From Candidatus Omnitrophota bacterium (GTDB lineage Bacteria; Omnitrophota; Gorgyraeia; JAHJTE01), in assembly GCA_020058285.1 (NCBI GenBank), contig JAGVEL010000017.1, forward strand, positions 2,027-66,026: a DNA stretch of 64,000 bases, given 5' to 3'. This document shows positions 62,201 to 64,000 of this stretch, piece after piece. How positions within the stretch are numbered: the stretch's first letter is position 1; each line of letters starts with the position of its first letter. The notes beneath the pieces were generated by a model. That model saw nothing but the letters and a program-made list of their open reading frames with translations, was not told the DNA's origin and did not search any database. The translations under genes and the position numbers were made by a program.

Positions 62201-64000
62201 ACTGATTCCGGCGGCGCCTGAGCAACCTGTGACCATGCCTGGATATAGGCAATAATCTGCTCTTTGTAGGTTAGGAAGTAATTCAAGAATAAAAGCGCAA
62301 AGAAAAACGCAAGAGCAATATTGCCGTCATTAATAACAAGTCCGGCACCTGGCACAAAATATACTACATTGTTCTGACCTTCAGAATGTTGTTGGCCAAT
62401 CAACTCTCTAGTTTTATAATCTGGCGAAAGGCCAAATCTAGTGAGAAGTTCTTCTGCCCTTTTAGCTTCCTGAGTCTCAAAAAGTTCTGGTCTTTTCTCG
62501 TTAAATCTCAATATCTTGTTTACTAAATCATCATAAGCGCCCTGCTCTAACTCAATAATCGATATATATAATGAATGACTCTCGCAACTACACCTTAAAA
62601 TTACCCGATTAACAGTAAAGTAATGTTCGACGAACTTAAGCCAATCAAAATCATAGGTGTTTATTTCTGTTTGCGATATGAAAGCCTTAAATGAATCCTG
62701 GATAATACTGCGTTCATTCTCGGCTATATGTGATATTTTTTGATCTTTAAAATTATAAGCAATGTCCAAATCTGAAGTTGCCAAAAAGCCATTGTAAGTA
62801 TTAAGCAGCATACTCAAGGCTTGGCTGCCAAATATACAAAAATCTAAAGATGAATCTATCTTTTCCTCAATAAGTTTTAGAGCCTCGACAAAAAGCGGGT
62901 GTATGGTAATTGTGTGCATTAATCCCATACCCTCAACCGGACATTGTAGATGATAACAATTATTTTTTGGATCAAGCTGCAAAGAGTCTTTAAAAGGAGT
63001 AAGTGTATGGCCTATATCTTTATCATAAAAATCTGCCTGGAACTCAAAATCAATCTTTCGTTCATTAACTAAAAACGCCGTAATCATTTTGGCTATTCTG
63101 TTACAATCGCTCCTGGTTAAAGAAAATCCTGTAATGAATTCTTCGCTGTCTAAAGAAACATCTTTAAAATCGCTCTTTAAATGAAGTAATTTACTGCGCA
63201 AGCTAAGAAGTGCGCTATCGCATAAAATATCAGGCTGATTTTTATAAAGCTCAGCTAATAATGCAACGCCTCGTTTATGATTATGGTTTATTAGTAGCCC
63301 GATTACATAACTCTCGCGGATTGTTCTAGTTAGAAGCGTATCGTCTTCTTTAAAAAGCGCACCCTGTAAAGTCCGTAAAAGATAATGAGGAGATGGGAGC
63401 CATATCTTTATCTTATCTATCTGCGCTAATACCACAATACTCTCTATCGCAACATAGAATTTTCTGGCTCCTATCTCAAGATTTAGTATCTGGTCAAAGA
63501 AATTGCCTACCTCATCATATTTTAAATTCAATTCTTTGCTCAATATCAAATATTCAGCTATTTCGTGGAATATTGCTATGGGCTGATTAAGAAGCGATTT
63601 ATGGAGGGCAACTAGGTTGGGATTGGCAAAACCAAACAAGTCTTGGAAAGGTGTTAAATAGGCATAAAATTCGGGTGGAGAATCTTCCAAGGCCTCTAAA
63701 AATGCTTCTAATAGCTGTTTATGAGCAGGAAAATCTACGCTTAACCTATGCAGCGCGTCAGCTAAAAGTTTATTATCTATTTTCTCCAATTCTAATTCAC
63801 CTAAAAAGCTGTTATTCTCTGTTGAAACAACCTGAGCAAATTTTTTCCCACCTCTATCTATTATCTCGCTTACCTTTGCGCGTTTTCCTATCTGTGGCAG
63901 GTCGTTATTTAAGTAATCCCCAATTTTCCTGAGTAACTCCAAAGCTGCAATATCTCTAGCCTCGCTAGCCGCATTTTTCTTCGAACTTCTTGCTATCTGC
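35239..64000 (-). CDS. Giant multidomain membrane-associated protein; over 9,580 codons in the window, 5' end beyond the window edge
   Basis: A single uninterrupted minus-strand ORF runs 35239..64000; hand translation past the TTG at 63942 shows no stop up to position 64000. Recognisable modules are listed as separate features. Confidence 0.85.
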   Translation of the reverse strand, partial: QIARSSKKNAASEARDIAALELLRKIGDYLNNDLPQIGKRAKVSEIIDRGGKKFAQVVSTENNSFLGELELEKIDNKLLADALHRLSVDFPAHKQLLEAFLEALEDSPPEFYAYLTPFQDLFGFANPNLVALHKSLLNQPIAIFHEIAEYLILSKELNLKYDEVGNFFDQILNLEIGARKFYVAIESIVVLAQIDKIKIWLPSPHYLLRTLQGALFKEDDTLLTRTIRESYVIGLLINHNHKRGVALLAELYKNQPDILCDSALLSLRSKLLHLKSDFKDVSLDSEEFITGFSLTRSDCNRIAKMITAFLVNERKIDFEFQADFYDKDIGHTLTPFKDSLQLDPKNNCYHLQCPVEGMGLMHTITIHPLFVEALKLIEEKIDSSLDFCIFGSQALSMLLNTYNGFLATSDLDIAYNFKDQKISHIAENERSIIQDSFKAFISQTEINTYDFDWLKFVEHYFTVNRVILRCSCESHSLYISIIELEQGAYDDLVNKILRFNEKRPELFETQEAKRAEELLTRFGLSPDYKTRELIGQQHSEGQNNVVYFVPGAGLVINDGNIALAFFFALLFLNYFLTYKEQIIAYIQAWSQVAQAPPESVNSPWSIVYSQNSFLSSSPIQVTYPKPSALKQQLQPENTPKTKTLLISSSPINVVDLAQNKNTLLTQLLYLLDNSYIDSWNVLHGENNLCEEILKSEPFHKLDNKTLVILKINMFAIRRCPMSEEELIRFLIFLDAYIRDFYNPERLNFSLLVEVAGVTGQLLFRFNQDFINALLGTTDSEQAIENAYKYQMDLVYDKSGFRWAILGTYITLNIGFRRWVKEKINGIGENKPSRILSLGMGKAPVEAELVKDGHDIVGIDIAEQMVQIAKEAGIKAYVGNAADLLEVLEVNTDTEKFDIVLFQESMCNMREVSQILSKVSQVLNNNGMVVILDYLWPEKLIGRFHIRGAPPEYVAKECRLAGLEAESIMKFRVEVGQDEPVIVSEGLCNMYYLAARKNLPSSPLISQSDSSSHNILLQLKRLLSVLSLINNKLKLSQFKLFIFDYDDTLGKFRTAISKPMLALLLLLKLGKDIAIITGRSMHNVNGIPGLDELLVKYIDKQTRIKYAHKIHLFTDTGGCSWHFDGNGELTFDNNNSNIIDSEARRHILSQMMDVIDELRLRKYFEDGRLKLLDNRDSVVSLLITDSVLGVHAKQIAEKLNEKIRDETLHIFYTPEVVDVAVVLKGEAVLSLIQRLNIPLKKTIIFGDSLNDHSMLALPEVSAIYAGFEQNLSAALGKKVTYTKVPGPEGVLEFLNEMQSSPLGSQSGSIGEQFEIVTAESSDYSRFAEEALRLSTESAASDFRAVISFDLINFDLTDRIRDMIKAWAVRSRDGGNIVGLRTLMMLRKFMFNELCSILSPDIRIEDFAEGDIARSPTHVSNNIGYNLFKVSLRYLQDQGIRYYLAHIDEVNNLRSSNMVRAVVRDIRVRLIRAKPDGNTFLMDLFPGKLFPAWMSRVEVLYEPGKQSESSSPLSGTLPRFNFLLVAGIFTILSLIGFSSAHASTLLGTVSPQSTVHSPLLLTFLSILPLVLTYFIYNLKDDQTARRFIDFGLSPEAIKLDRKNPGDYIINTRDLEVTGEYDPKRLWVMDRLRQDDGVRKIVSLGDLLARPLSLDGDLKFRLLTDGERGNNNNGVYLGFVKGIGKPVVVEKLGQASEYSIKKAIYLTQFTDIIGVGPKFCDIISLGNNELAYVMQAVGGRFLSASELEALSAEGASVNILKTRLLEYGLSCTPQCLVSSDNTLAVVIDSGDLYLKREFHQGLPLDLALNKILEQKRSASSPILVSSPISIFTKIKNSKLARLAIVLAGLSCILYFSGAFSWYWSLSNVNILAFIVLGSAIITVIFDFITVYLRTNPTPYNILRIPLELAIGAVNGWIFRIMQLGIENYFPKTGEYGLARSFGLWSAAAVNFVVYCVYKKFEQRLLKTESKVDLKIIIDILAVEALLLFKYPIAQSLPDNVAFTFLQFMNIPSLAVMIWGLNLGRPFLNLYDKLHLEKPINLLRSIIKTKKAHLVIVGAIVALISISLIWPEFAKERLIELGGNHDYHLSWRNIGLFIGFPAVILSLISYLSLFKIKRLENITKIFTNDRLREKLDLYYFTLVTLFLTVAIYSNIAVYILENHTLYLTGCADAEPKSAIALVLLWLIYKWPGIFSRQEHNNFNQHHLFGNRKLAIISLSFACLLLLYLLFITPSFLDQLPFLSLNPSGTLLARFDINYRPSTIDYGPLLAGFGFIAVGLRNNSWVAKMWLGLRLTGRIVLNCLSVSIEEFERLLDREFGDGFAASQFVCKHRLMYDPGLGEWVEPTDDDIASIRAFSRKVDEVYYRYEKKFRWTSPYFSWVAGWLAASCIHFKYNFSVYISAILKIIGGAVLGVGILCLAFYLWYLISLNYGLSLSAVALAKAGTVDQGLIMAGFGFLGMTKANRFPKTGQEVKVIYYWASGIDVETVRQLSQRFPDVEQIYLQDPAFSRDIGSPEKIPSQWGFLYGRVKELIEKVKEQFHLQKEHFHGFHVISKETSNPLNIILEGRQISQLKTLPFRKPTVHIVKVPGDNSALSLFVSFYSHLIRLMRIGDYLFIHKSYLRTDILDDALSGLEGIDAKEFGMKEPKIVQQNWICDLTLADVPKGEDELPKIKTKRLPYVRSGWVVYRKQKKSGPDFVNRKGREDRFERVIIILALGFGIFCFISSICNLLTMDHACLPDRQGLTLAGFGFLALFRKSRERAEEHDPNVISATPAEISSSPITSPETGWGLFKALINKFPWKILGGVFLGIGILCLMPYLGHLISIPALLGFSEGGNCGPLTMDHGPMLAGLGFLGMFALYEQFLRLFSPAEPPFQASKGFERMHLIKIEKRHKSDPPLSVELKFQPLEGLHRFISDFYYAYYNEMAWGVLKDEDVIATYPFGNCLAVAFQGERQGEIITGLTHISQRIGALKENYWAVKSLIDYLKNNLGLERVRIFLQSNSEDNKYLIDLENEVSQCPDTEIFVLPARIYPLYKNQITYLLVTNSAALFVTSGESLCLFWNDSKDAIRDDIGHHAQDLSQLHNEVNLDNPRFRIGGEIQGEPVRTLKDSSLDLEDVSKATTSSSSINYPEPAQRLSKTLIAKLPDESLSGNVVGQPWRTYEANVLEIGYGRGKFLVQQARQNPDKLFVGIEQPPGSPFSSAGEKLPTRIEKKKIKNIKIVYGDVRELVSQLFRRDQLEKIYIISPWFGEGKTLERFRLFPPQEAYGNDFAQALFDRLKVGGEIQILVVDAEYTDEITGHFNSIKGEKQIFVTSDIPDYIVTEMSIFQAYFLRIVKTAPGNTLAQTSSSPISIFARVKNNKWIKIIAKIFTRECLKANIIYLIYKFRKVITINFNNKTPVVLIFGLPASGKTTLGQSLSKKLGIPFISTGELLRKEVNARQALLAHRTPSRVMDKYLYWVLVRSGINLLDISKGLIIDVSPSSSDNLKTLYSFINYMGFNIQAVIYISVNRTIAQNRWLKRRRYADRRQAERIFDRRAKTLCDVVIPELEEFNEQGKLIRINGNKRLPADGEITEILKEKGLPSTPTKTSSSPIGYPEKETKDLVGQGNDYLSVLERLTCLADSQYTTEINQSLKKLILKAKEGAKINNRTEEFINILKLYLDGTNYEIVEFVRKQLISLRSILKQELTHSYAKPKTRIELLRQHRASLDKDIVLFIDPAEDIILYRIGKDDKGKTPVNLINETAEKIMDSENHKSLLIVGLPSAKDGRLPRIFDRKLYVPFAFAKTAVLVTKTPYGQKVFRKVSVLEDRRYIERALKVIDDLKGREIDWRELEGYGIMLRSLFGVRRVSGTIKVDKCGNVTRENKSISFSELPDELLKYIEEERIYPELFDKHGKLLCTFSDSSSLADDLEENIAVLTSHERGKYRFGRSLHFIGGSYDVVISFNKTIWPLQAICAGDIDNFNEKINKFIQVELQRDIGENDDFLFTCSPTAIDKVLAREFKDIADGSILRVKYLRVLSNRKLNFNGEHPVDTKFVQPGDYVVAWFIKDGVKPLLLQYMKIEDYEAQEFLKAAVAESSKVYDGRGNLRMTFCHHRSTLEEIRKITSADGQGAAKLIWSTDGDGCWRFRIDTKNKKSRQYLRYRIGVKNQPLVVWTNPVTGYPELAITLEDLRNLTTSSIVYKLSNNNSRGSKNTELVSRLNSELKQNEKLLQEISGYPLEKIFAKYPHLTRAVLYRRDNSTNTLCGNFTGKFRKVSAHQLRSDNRKNSATSRKIMQIIYSVLSKVGIRPADLEAALEDRRNSINWLMVRYTQPDTIQAARLAILYLICNADATPIDVEQDVINGWIDEWREKYTNIETVLTDFAELERKLRELEEDVGAKPVVNSIVHTEKRTIILDILSEIWRYIPKTRIERMLDFPRVLIGKFEQEKQRRAQLCIWARLDEPCREDSDVDYKILALTLKEKLVGIISDDCLEAERLSGQEDSASVFSARRIMSELTAVLELDKKLGTGFISKELRTEITTMTSHVAGVLSTRRAERVEKDTQNRNNHDSNGSIDLTHSRNNFHHSLPNPWESEIGSLEGRNSRNLRRYNQRFEQGNNILSASSPLRPGGELFGFSLVAKETNPDWQVRQISSSSPVDAEGPENPEFKVFYTSEESPKDNPFKAQIEELLDKARNNIIQSLDDFPGSKEEPYLVPVLQGGNFTHPHWQEVFKPIFEHLDLLNGFDLVGSLNKTLKDMTEFIKQDLNIILVGGPRYIHFHKNNQFVIAYLDIEQKTLYISLKFFNSRYLLRHTSLVLQFIAEAVSRIKFSSRENIPPEIKQLITMLDLPDSLIKTINYYLYQQYDYDDKALRDLRTQTQVAQTAGYLQRCNLSPTQLFLDKFREGARFLSIVFAPLSSELYLLLKDIASAIPDLSQQGKLTHLVFYYHEEIAKIQKAVNRYIEADKDEIDKRRKELLSLIDETLKYRTGFLKISLPAEFEQYEQEYNKDAEDLRQKASRAYMDVFDKVRRANRTNNKHPIKIIFIDGDSSAQVAAKKLRRIIFNHNPKACILIHGNAYHLLKGPIFEEHFGASRPIKRINKQGLLKYQLQDIIGTSGFQTIFYTTLQRTLSDSANPEDSLTSAARDWHFGSFALDRIENSPVAEELVAYWLWQMKYGEVADGVIFALDRRDDGGEPETVWTGITSDSDKQPKPVPVSTPIASEIPANITHIFNEKGYRIASSPITSSTIKDLAEAINEYTSKAAVSVDLSQQGKVRLISGDVELAEITITNEHPFYLVANRLNIRVINFSREVEQWIVEKLFMTLQNEHRQGVSRPKRRYSDLSPKWTAARKQAGTGFAYDVLINPEEKDYGSPEWDAKEVELEIQIIKYRFLSVLKDDTHFYKRDIDALLRPEGTQLKPKSLFRIVNAFNDWFGKIWDPVFCKHLAWEHYEKNRLILIDYIKGLLPYLEAYDNEHKTDLTTFAKISLSLLERLGKSRISESEYEEFIRKAKALSMPESSSPIEPPDSRQGGGKNHRANGNRRKTRRYHFEDFLYIDSRKFLEIYPLIIEAIRGKALSEDEMKWLKGFARLFDETGKMSVTSKHQDALTFADLRWVLEYGLDYRQDESLEEEKDFRFPYICQYTLFGVSEICARNSIAHKWLTTNEPGEKNWHNFPVIKILGVEFILDVAYEQFYDLYWQNQLNCKIVLLPYALVKQGLFKDRSYMYTDWPEITRINLSPTGAVESYEIRDRHKDGRVLLRGDYLTGSEFILSLVSGGESTIYLQGDSHDSAITIKDDYEGNLAFIVGKNLVGSNKINTEGIERIEIWRATDDRCSLCIIRKTNKKDLPPLNPRQGGAVSSPVESRSISCYLLTKYLLVNLETRMAYFGLSDELKERVRNILGDIKSLGVFRDGEYVYNPLLLNLFRKLKIDMPLAYLYAQAYALAKTTPHLNDLDEAAVDDCIEKILKLKPRFIRSLFCEYFPYLVKLEDKITVDSEFIATHVGKENFIRQLIGSFFTQNLEFTNSASTNFTLLITGYKDEIKKLQKIINQFFSELGQKDYLDELLKQARELRHNKKGILGFSGRLTDLETSFEEQLGVLGVKTVEDKFKKQELESLAEAIERLPLYKERAAKLNSYEDVAIKVFLTDPDEAVQQCSETQKQKLSTAITATSLELISYWQVAYAVILANLAHFDQETFKFFKERVPILLPQDQHKGKKKGERRDLRPILIGRNGLARVINEYFVFGVDPNDIYLDGWGASVEKEDCRRVGVNEPYLKSLDQSIDFFNEYRETEAYKKFGLGPRIINSIFPIIEAFRKIDQREQGRAKCVDFALLYAALLVALDIVSQDKIFIIGNAGHLFVYIDEDDGYLVSNKLIFDKEMIASGDRRAEEALRTCTGSAVSNIFTFKGFYDAYRGMNNENNGFSSIPGQELKRILEKIDTFFGFPLRKYNLSDVKYVDSPAIMPDLKQFINPERLDNGAIKLGEFRVEEFKQEMYRLAQQYRETQPDSPLCFLAYAARDLLNVEYPEVFAIANNRDWLVREAAEKIATSIDDAIKYAREGLKLGKAFLARLKIPRPDEVIRFGTNEPAHLVPVLYGLIYHSPHISQAEKQEMYYVYADDDSFVYVNGKFISTKTFEVTNEIPKNITHIFNEKGHYESIASSPVPEKSSYSQRDEGLSQQGCIVKATISTAAGFLEVIYSQDGAENNFYELWLNGERIDQNNYGHPGIFYDNPAGFCFIVREDTRGGILEVPYLSLESQYQWLGIGSALVSWLSQQASEKDINTLLSGKTKNINAIKIFLGALEEGSRKFEIEVLTIFGHTFWRRISYRKLLSLFEKEPYKNFMRISGRPRTSSPVTQTAVAALFANLKLFLKGQSYLKEVPKTIKAIIFIGVIVTSVAFAFVSIWIDTLSQSAWFLFFIQFLPYAASALILCAAASLFGQWRKGAVATWQLIKNYTIVQFGIEAYWYCIFVGLSLTYDKLSIDRPLHISFSVLTIVIFNLINASLTSSLIEVLNYPANLLEFFLRKHVYKLTLEQSRREKKENLWKLTWFSLKWWWVVGLVIFSDVNITFFDTTIHLKPTEWVFVVVIATSILEFLFSKKKANILDGRLIQQNNEVYSKMPVIGCDVASMPQQIHYQQDDGQGNDLSTSSPLKSKGSFEHYMGNKVINSFSSQQGYFTLEKISSTGYQTILKIEAKLLAVALDVIQRKRIAMTGEGNLLFLAGILRGDYHTNIYSVLEYSFKARQMLEQDKWWQVEDISDIEIVNLHRMPKVNLCKIFGFLESMAAKGLTWFDFIREYPIEVLKLTDDTFFILDGSHRLETAILLGERKIRAKVYSIKQGSEIGSRVIEFAAKRRQELNKQYQFDTAQRRFTDDADKIIKISFGTRQLESPKLCQYLWSTDQPKEIAIFYFPEIFYKAGYIKPGRINTHSPAFAYFKAFILACLGSGSIEDDILVSVIKDIRRKQKTVSSPVRQLNNSGQRHYHRENADPWSGVFESEDLEEDWLGYHHKSRNSSRARHYQQGKQSRRSARAKGKSQQETQFDMVAVTGTLASLLRHGAIFYDFSLDEFGFVSLETVLPILQQEYNGLEKKDLIDLAENDPDGRFEIKQNRIRARYGHSIKVLPVGEPIEPPEFLYHGTPTANTQAVLCSGLKSMRRQFVHFSLDPDKALSIALRRARNVTALKIKAREAHESGVKFYREADVFLAGFIPGNFIVATELTAARSAADIQHGCVNLNESAIIRRFAKEDGYVVLDTQMANKQTLLRIDERLFRVIHAAEYCLSQEMAVPIEANLLIMTDMFREIPIGDLRIAGPDYIVKARHLTEDQKWWQEVGLKEIPIAEIQRMHSSHLFRYLRFLDYLCDNKLFWEDFIDSYPIDVFQLPWGSYFTLDGMHRLDLACLVGAQTITSRIYHNKIDDPNGHLMSGWMVGYAKELEKEYRFSNFKERFIHQLYALTPLLNAFPQFSSYEHKGDRLTMTFNFPALPAIPLLPIENNIEFIYLVSLAQNITGMGSERFVNRLLEEWRKINKQIQGSSPIGNDDTNPKSSSAKRFWPGSGDLKSPQSTVNGPRLTETRQHSPSARCGLSGICRDEPQRADGSEFGLGRVAHYRHNTSEENPRVGNNELVRQEQSILEELKNQLGKAHVSASLVSSLFDRLKSDKKVTEKAVILSALIKNLLIRFTRRRRYQNFEAEDISKPIYIAEALIASPDIIERAGELLSLTSKLKMTKGVRRELGESIKKAEEGKGGRFKRSVFDMICIDAKNHKANIGKAFVVDCINDYYVLLSCGHLSKSARTGILKINEKAKKTVGRTFIVMDNESDDISVLLMHKRDVNRKVFKDGKLVPIKLLLTPPARRFAWVIKGSNHDVSVGHLVLTGDKVVLLGANTYRGDSGAPYLIRIGKGYFVIAVHGYPGPVGRRLTHKIFAEMNIALQGKESNFSLVVSNDSFIETIREFLQKQLQNDKGVKCATLHSNSLSLGDGVRKHIHPHGKEKGRGGKAYCQNPKGEQGFGEFNNPRTTVAHSLTNRVFGRDEPQRADGSEFGLDRVAHWPGNYQSSSPLADDDVTKYMHPYWEEKGWKWEKPSLTDIRFITIRFLDPIQFVYSCWPRTPSEEGELHPKRAQNASQILKAYYYMDPENAYKIFSNVFGISEKFGQITSYLAPDLAADMFNYSMNIKPSWDRKIEGNIPIVWLTRAEFSQVSMSQYLSDLLVELIIKKNYTSELWRKEMLAIRSAIQKELLAIGKERLIKIFGEDQEILDWLKQNFPEVFKTFEAIPAESDIGVAAGVLPIENLDETVSSPVQQNNKKCLVLDADGILWSGIVGEDGFNGIKITEEHKEFQKTVRALKERDIILAINSKNNPEEVIGVLERHPEMILRKDDFTIIKANWQDKATNLREIAEELNIGMDSLVFIDDSPHERELIRLSYPEVFTPDIPDRPIERIQLLIGSGLFPEGKITEEDRRRTQLYLAKSKRDELKGQAVSLEEYYRSLDMKIIIREGQENLPYISRIFQLTQRTNQFNLTPGERSKEVVKWDVRGVGSLTAKIFTLELIDKFGNAGIVGVMRLGRGYNICEWEIDTFCLSCRAIGLTVEHAFMAYVVNQLREQGVTTLQGTYIPTSKNALVKDFYRQLGFRLVREGSLKHRHGQKVLYWQANLDEISLKSPEWITLLGSEDFKAEDRLKLTQDLFSSTFDINELASEWFKLARNNGLSDQKLKETWQLALNEIPNEDILRKLLRLEINFLGFELYREIKGDCHFLRVPCDQEREAEKKLEQDGFIIIAVCETGRERWGNDFNEVTVHYSITYVEPGHIDDVEITRYAKPLYTYFNRELKNKSWIGRLYDLVFEYKLPPEEDIYHLLRNTLKDILMDFDDRTDKEWKEYLDTYYIRRTNLQELVDKDELGGYVHPRWRENPWKWGAPSLEKMKSAIKKDVSTWVYNLFSKRDGFDSGYIEDLKDDFIAYYYLDPYNIYEALSLLGRERSSFDYILSKLPIDLTVDMIHYCLGQLRLDKYRGQEYKQGNNVSKIIVGFILNCDEKVEPICGHLSEEEMFEVIEDIKYYGDVSYHRGEILKELQSFGIQKIKRIIEAGAISNYILEWLQKKFPEVFK
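36500..36950 (-). other. Giant ORF module: GNAT-like acyltransferase fold following the FkbH-like domain
   Basis: The HAD-IIIC plus GNAT arrangement is typical of FkbH-like proteins. The segment is GNAGIVGVMRLGRGYNICEWEIDTFCLSCRAIGLTVEHAF. Confidence 0.35.
37100..37650 (-). other. Giant ORF module: HAD-IIIC (FkbH-like) domain
   Basis: LVLDADGILWSGIVGEDG (FkbH signature xLDxDxTLWxGvxGEDG)...AINSKNN...FIDDSPHE. Confidence 0.55.
38411..38475. repeat. Intragenic direct repeat, copy 1 (encodes RDEPQRADGSEFGL); 40 nt identical to 39732-39795
   Basis: ctaagccaaattcagaaccatctgctctctgcggttcatc is identical in both copies. The copies flank the protease module. Confidence 0.8.
38790..39400 (-). other. 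Giant ORF module: chymotrypsin-fold serine protease (GDSGAP catalytic-Ser motif)
   Basis: CGHLSKS (candidate His), ESDDISVLLM (candidate Asp), and TYRGDSGAPYLIRIGKGYFVIAVHGYPG (GDSG motif at about 38876-38893). Confidence 0.5.
39732..39795. repeat. Intragenic direct repeat, copy 2
   Basis: See copy 1. Confidence 0.8.
40250..40650 (-). other. Giant ORF module: ParB/sulfiredoxin-like domain 2 (DGxHR motif)
   Basis: YFTLDGMHRLDLACLVG at about 40370. It is homologous to the module at 42000-42400. Confidence 0.4.
40900..41440 (-). other. Giant ORF module: Tpt1/KptA RNA 2'-phosphotransferase domain
   Basis: LASLLRHGA...IRARYGHS...FLYHGTPTANTQAVLCSGLKSMRRQFVHFSLDPDKALSIALRR...KFYREADVFL matches the KptA signature (LRH..., RA.QGHS, HGT, R..VHLS). 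Confidence 0.6.
42000..42400 (-). other. Giant ORF module: ParB/sulfiredoxin-like domain 1 (DGxHR motif)
   Basis: FFILDGSHRLETAILLGE, at about 42100. Confidence 0.4.
42700..43500 (-). other. Giant ORF: third transmembrane cluster
   Basis: AIIFIGVIVTSVAFAFVSIWI...WWWVVGLVIFSDV hydrophobic helices. Confidence 0.5.
53250..53800 (-). other. Giant ORF module: P-loop NMP-kinase-like domain (Walker A GLPASGKTT)
   Basis: VVLIFGLPASGKTTLGQSLSKKLGIPFISTGELLRKE, with downstream lid-like and Arg-rich segments. Confidence 0.55.
54000..54560 (-). other. Giant ORF module: TrmB-like (m7G-type) SAM methyltransferase fold
   Basis: VLEIGYGRGKFLVQQARQNPDKLFVGIEQ...KIVYGDVRELV...KIYIISP. Confidence 0.45.
55400..59500 (-). 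other. Giant ORF: two polytopic transmembrane regions containing repeated (T/S)(M/I)D(H/Y)GP(M/L)LAG(F/L)GF(L/I) helix motifs
   Basis: There are long runs of hydrophobic segments. The motif recurs at about 57211, 55801 and 55471. Confidence 0.5.
60170..60900 (-). other. Giant ORF module: HAD-superfamily phosphatase (Cof/IIB-like)
   Basis: Motif I FIFDYDDTLG, motif II IITGRS, motif IV GDSLNDHSM. Confidence 0.6.
61050..61520 (-). other. Giant ORF module: class I SAM-dependent methyltransferase domain
   Basis: Motif I ILSLGMGKAP, then VGIDIAEQMVQIA, then FDIVLFQESMCNM, then NGMVVI. Confidence 0.55.

Noticed and set aside
1-64000. CRISPR arrays, rRNA genes, transposases and integrases
   Set aside because: No regularly spaced 25-40-bp direct repeats with unique spacers were found. 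No rRNA-like conserved stretches were found. No ORF has DDE transposase or tyrosine/serine-recombinase signatures. The only mobility signature is the repeat-bracketed brnTA cassette.
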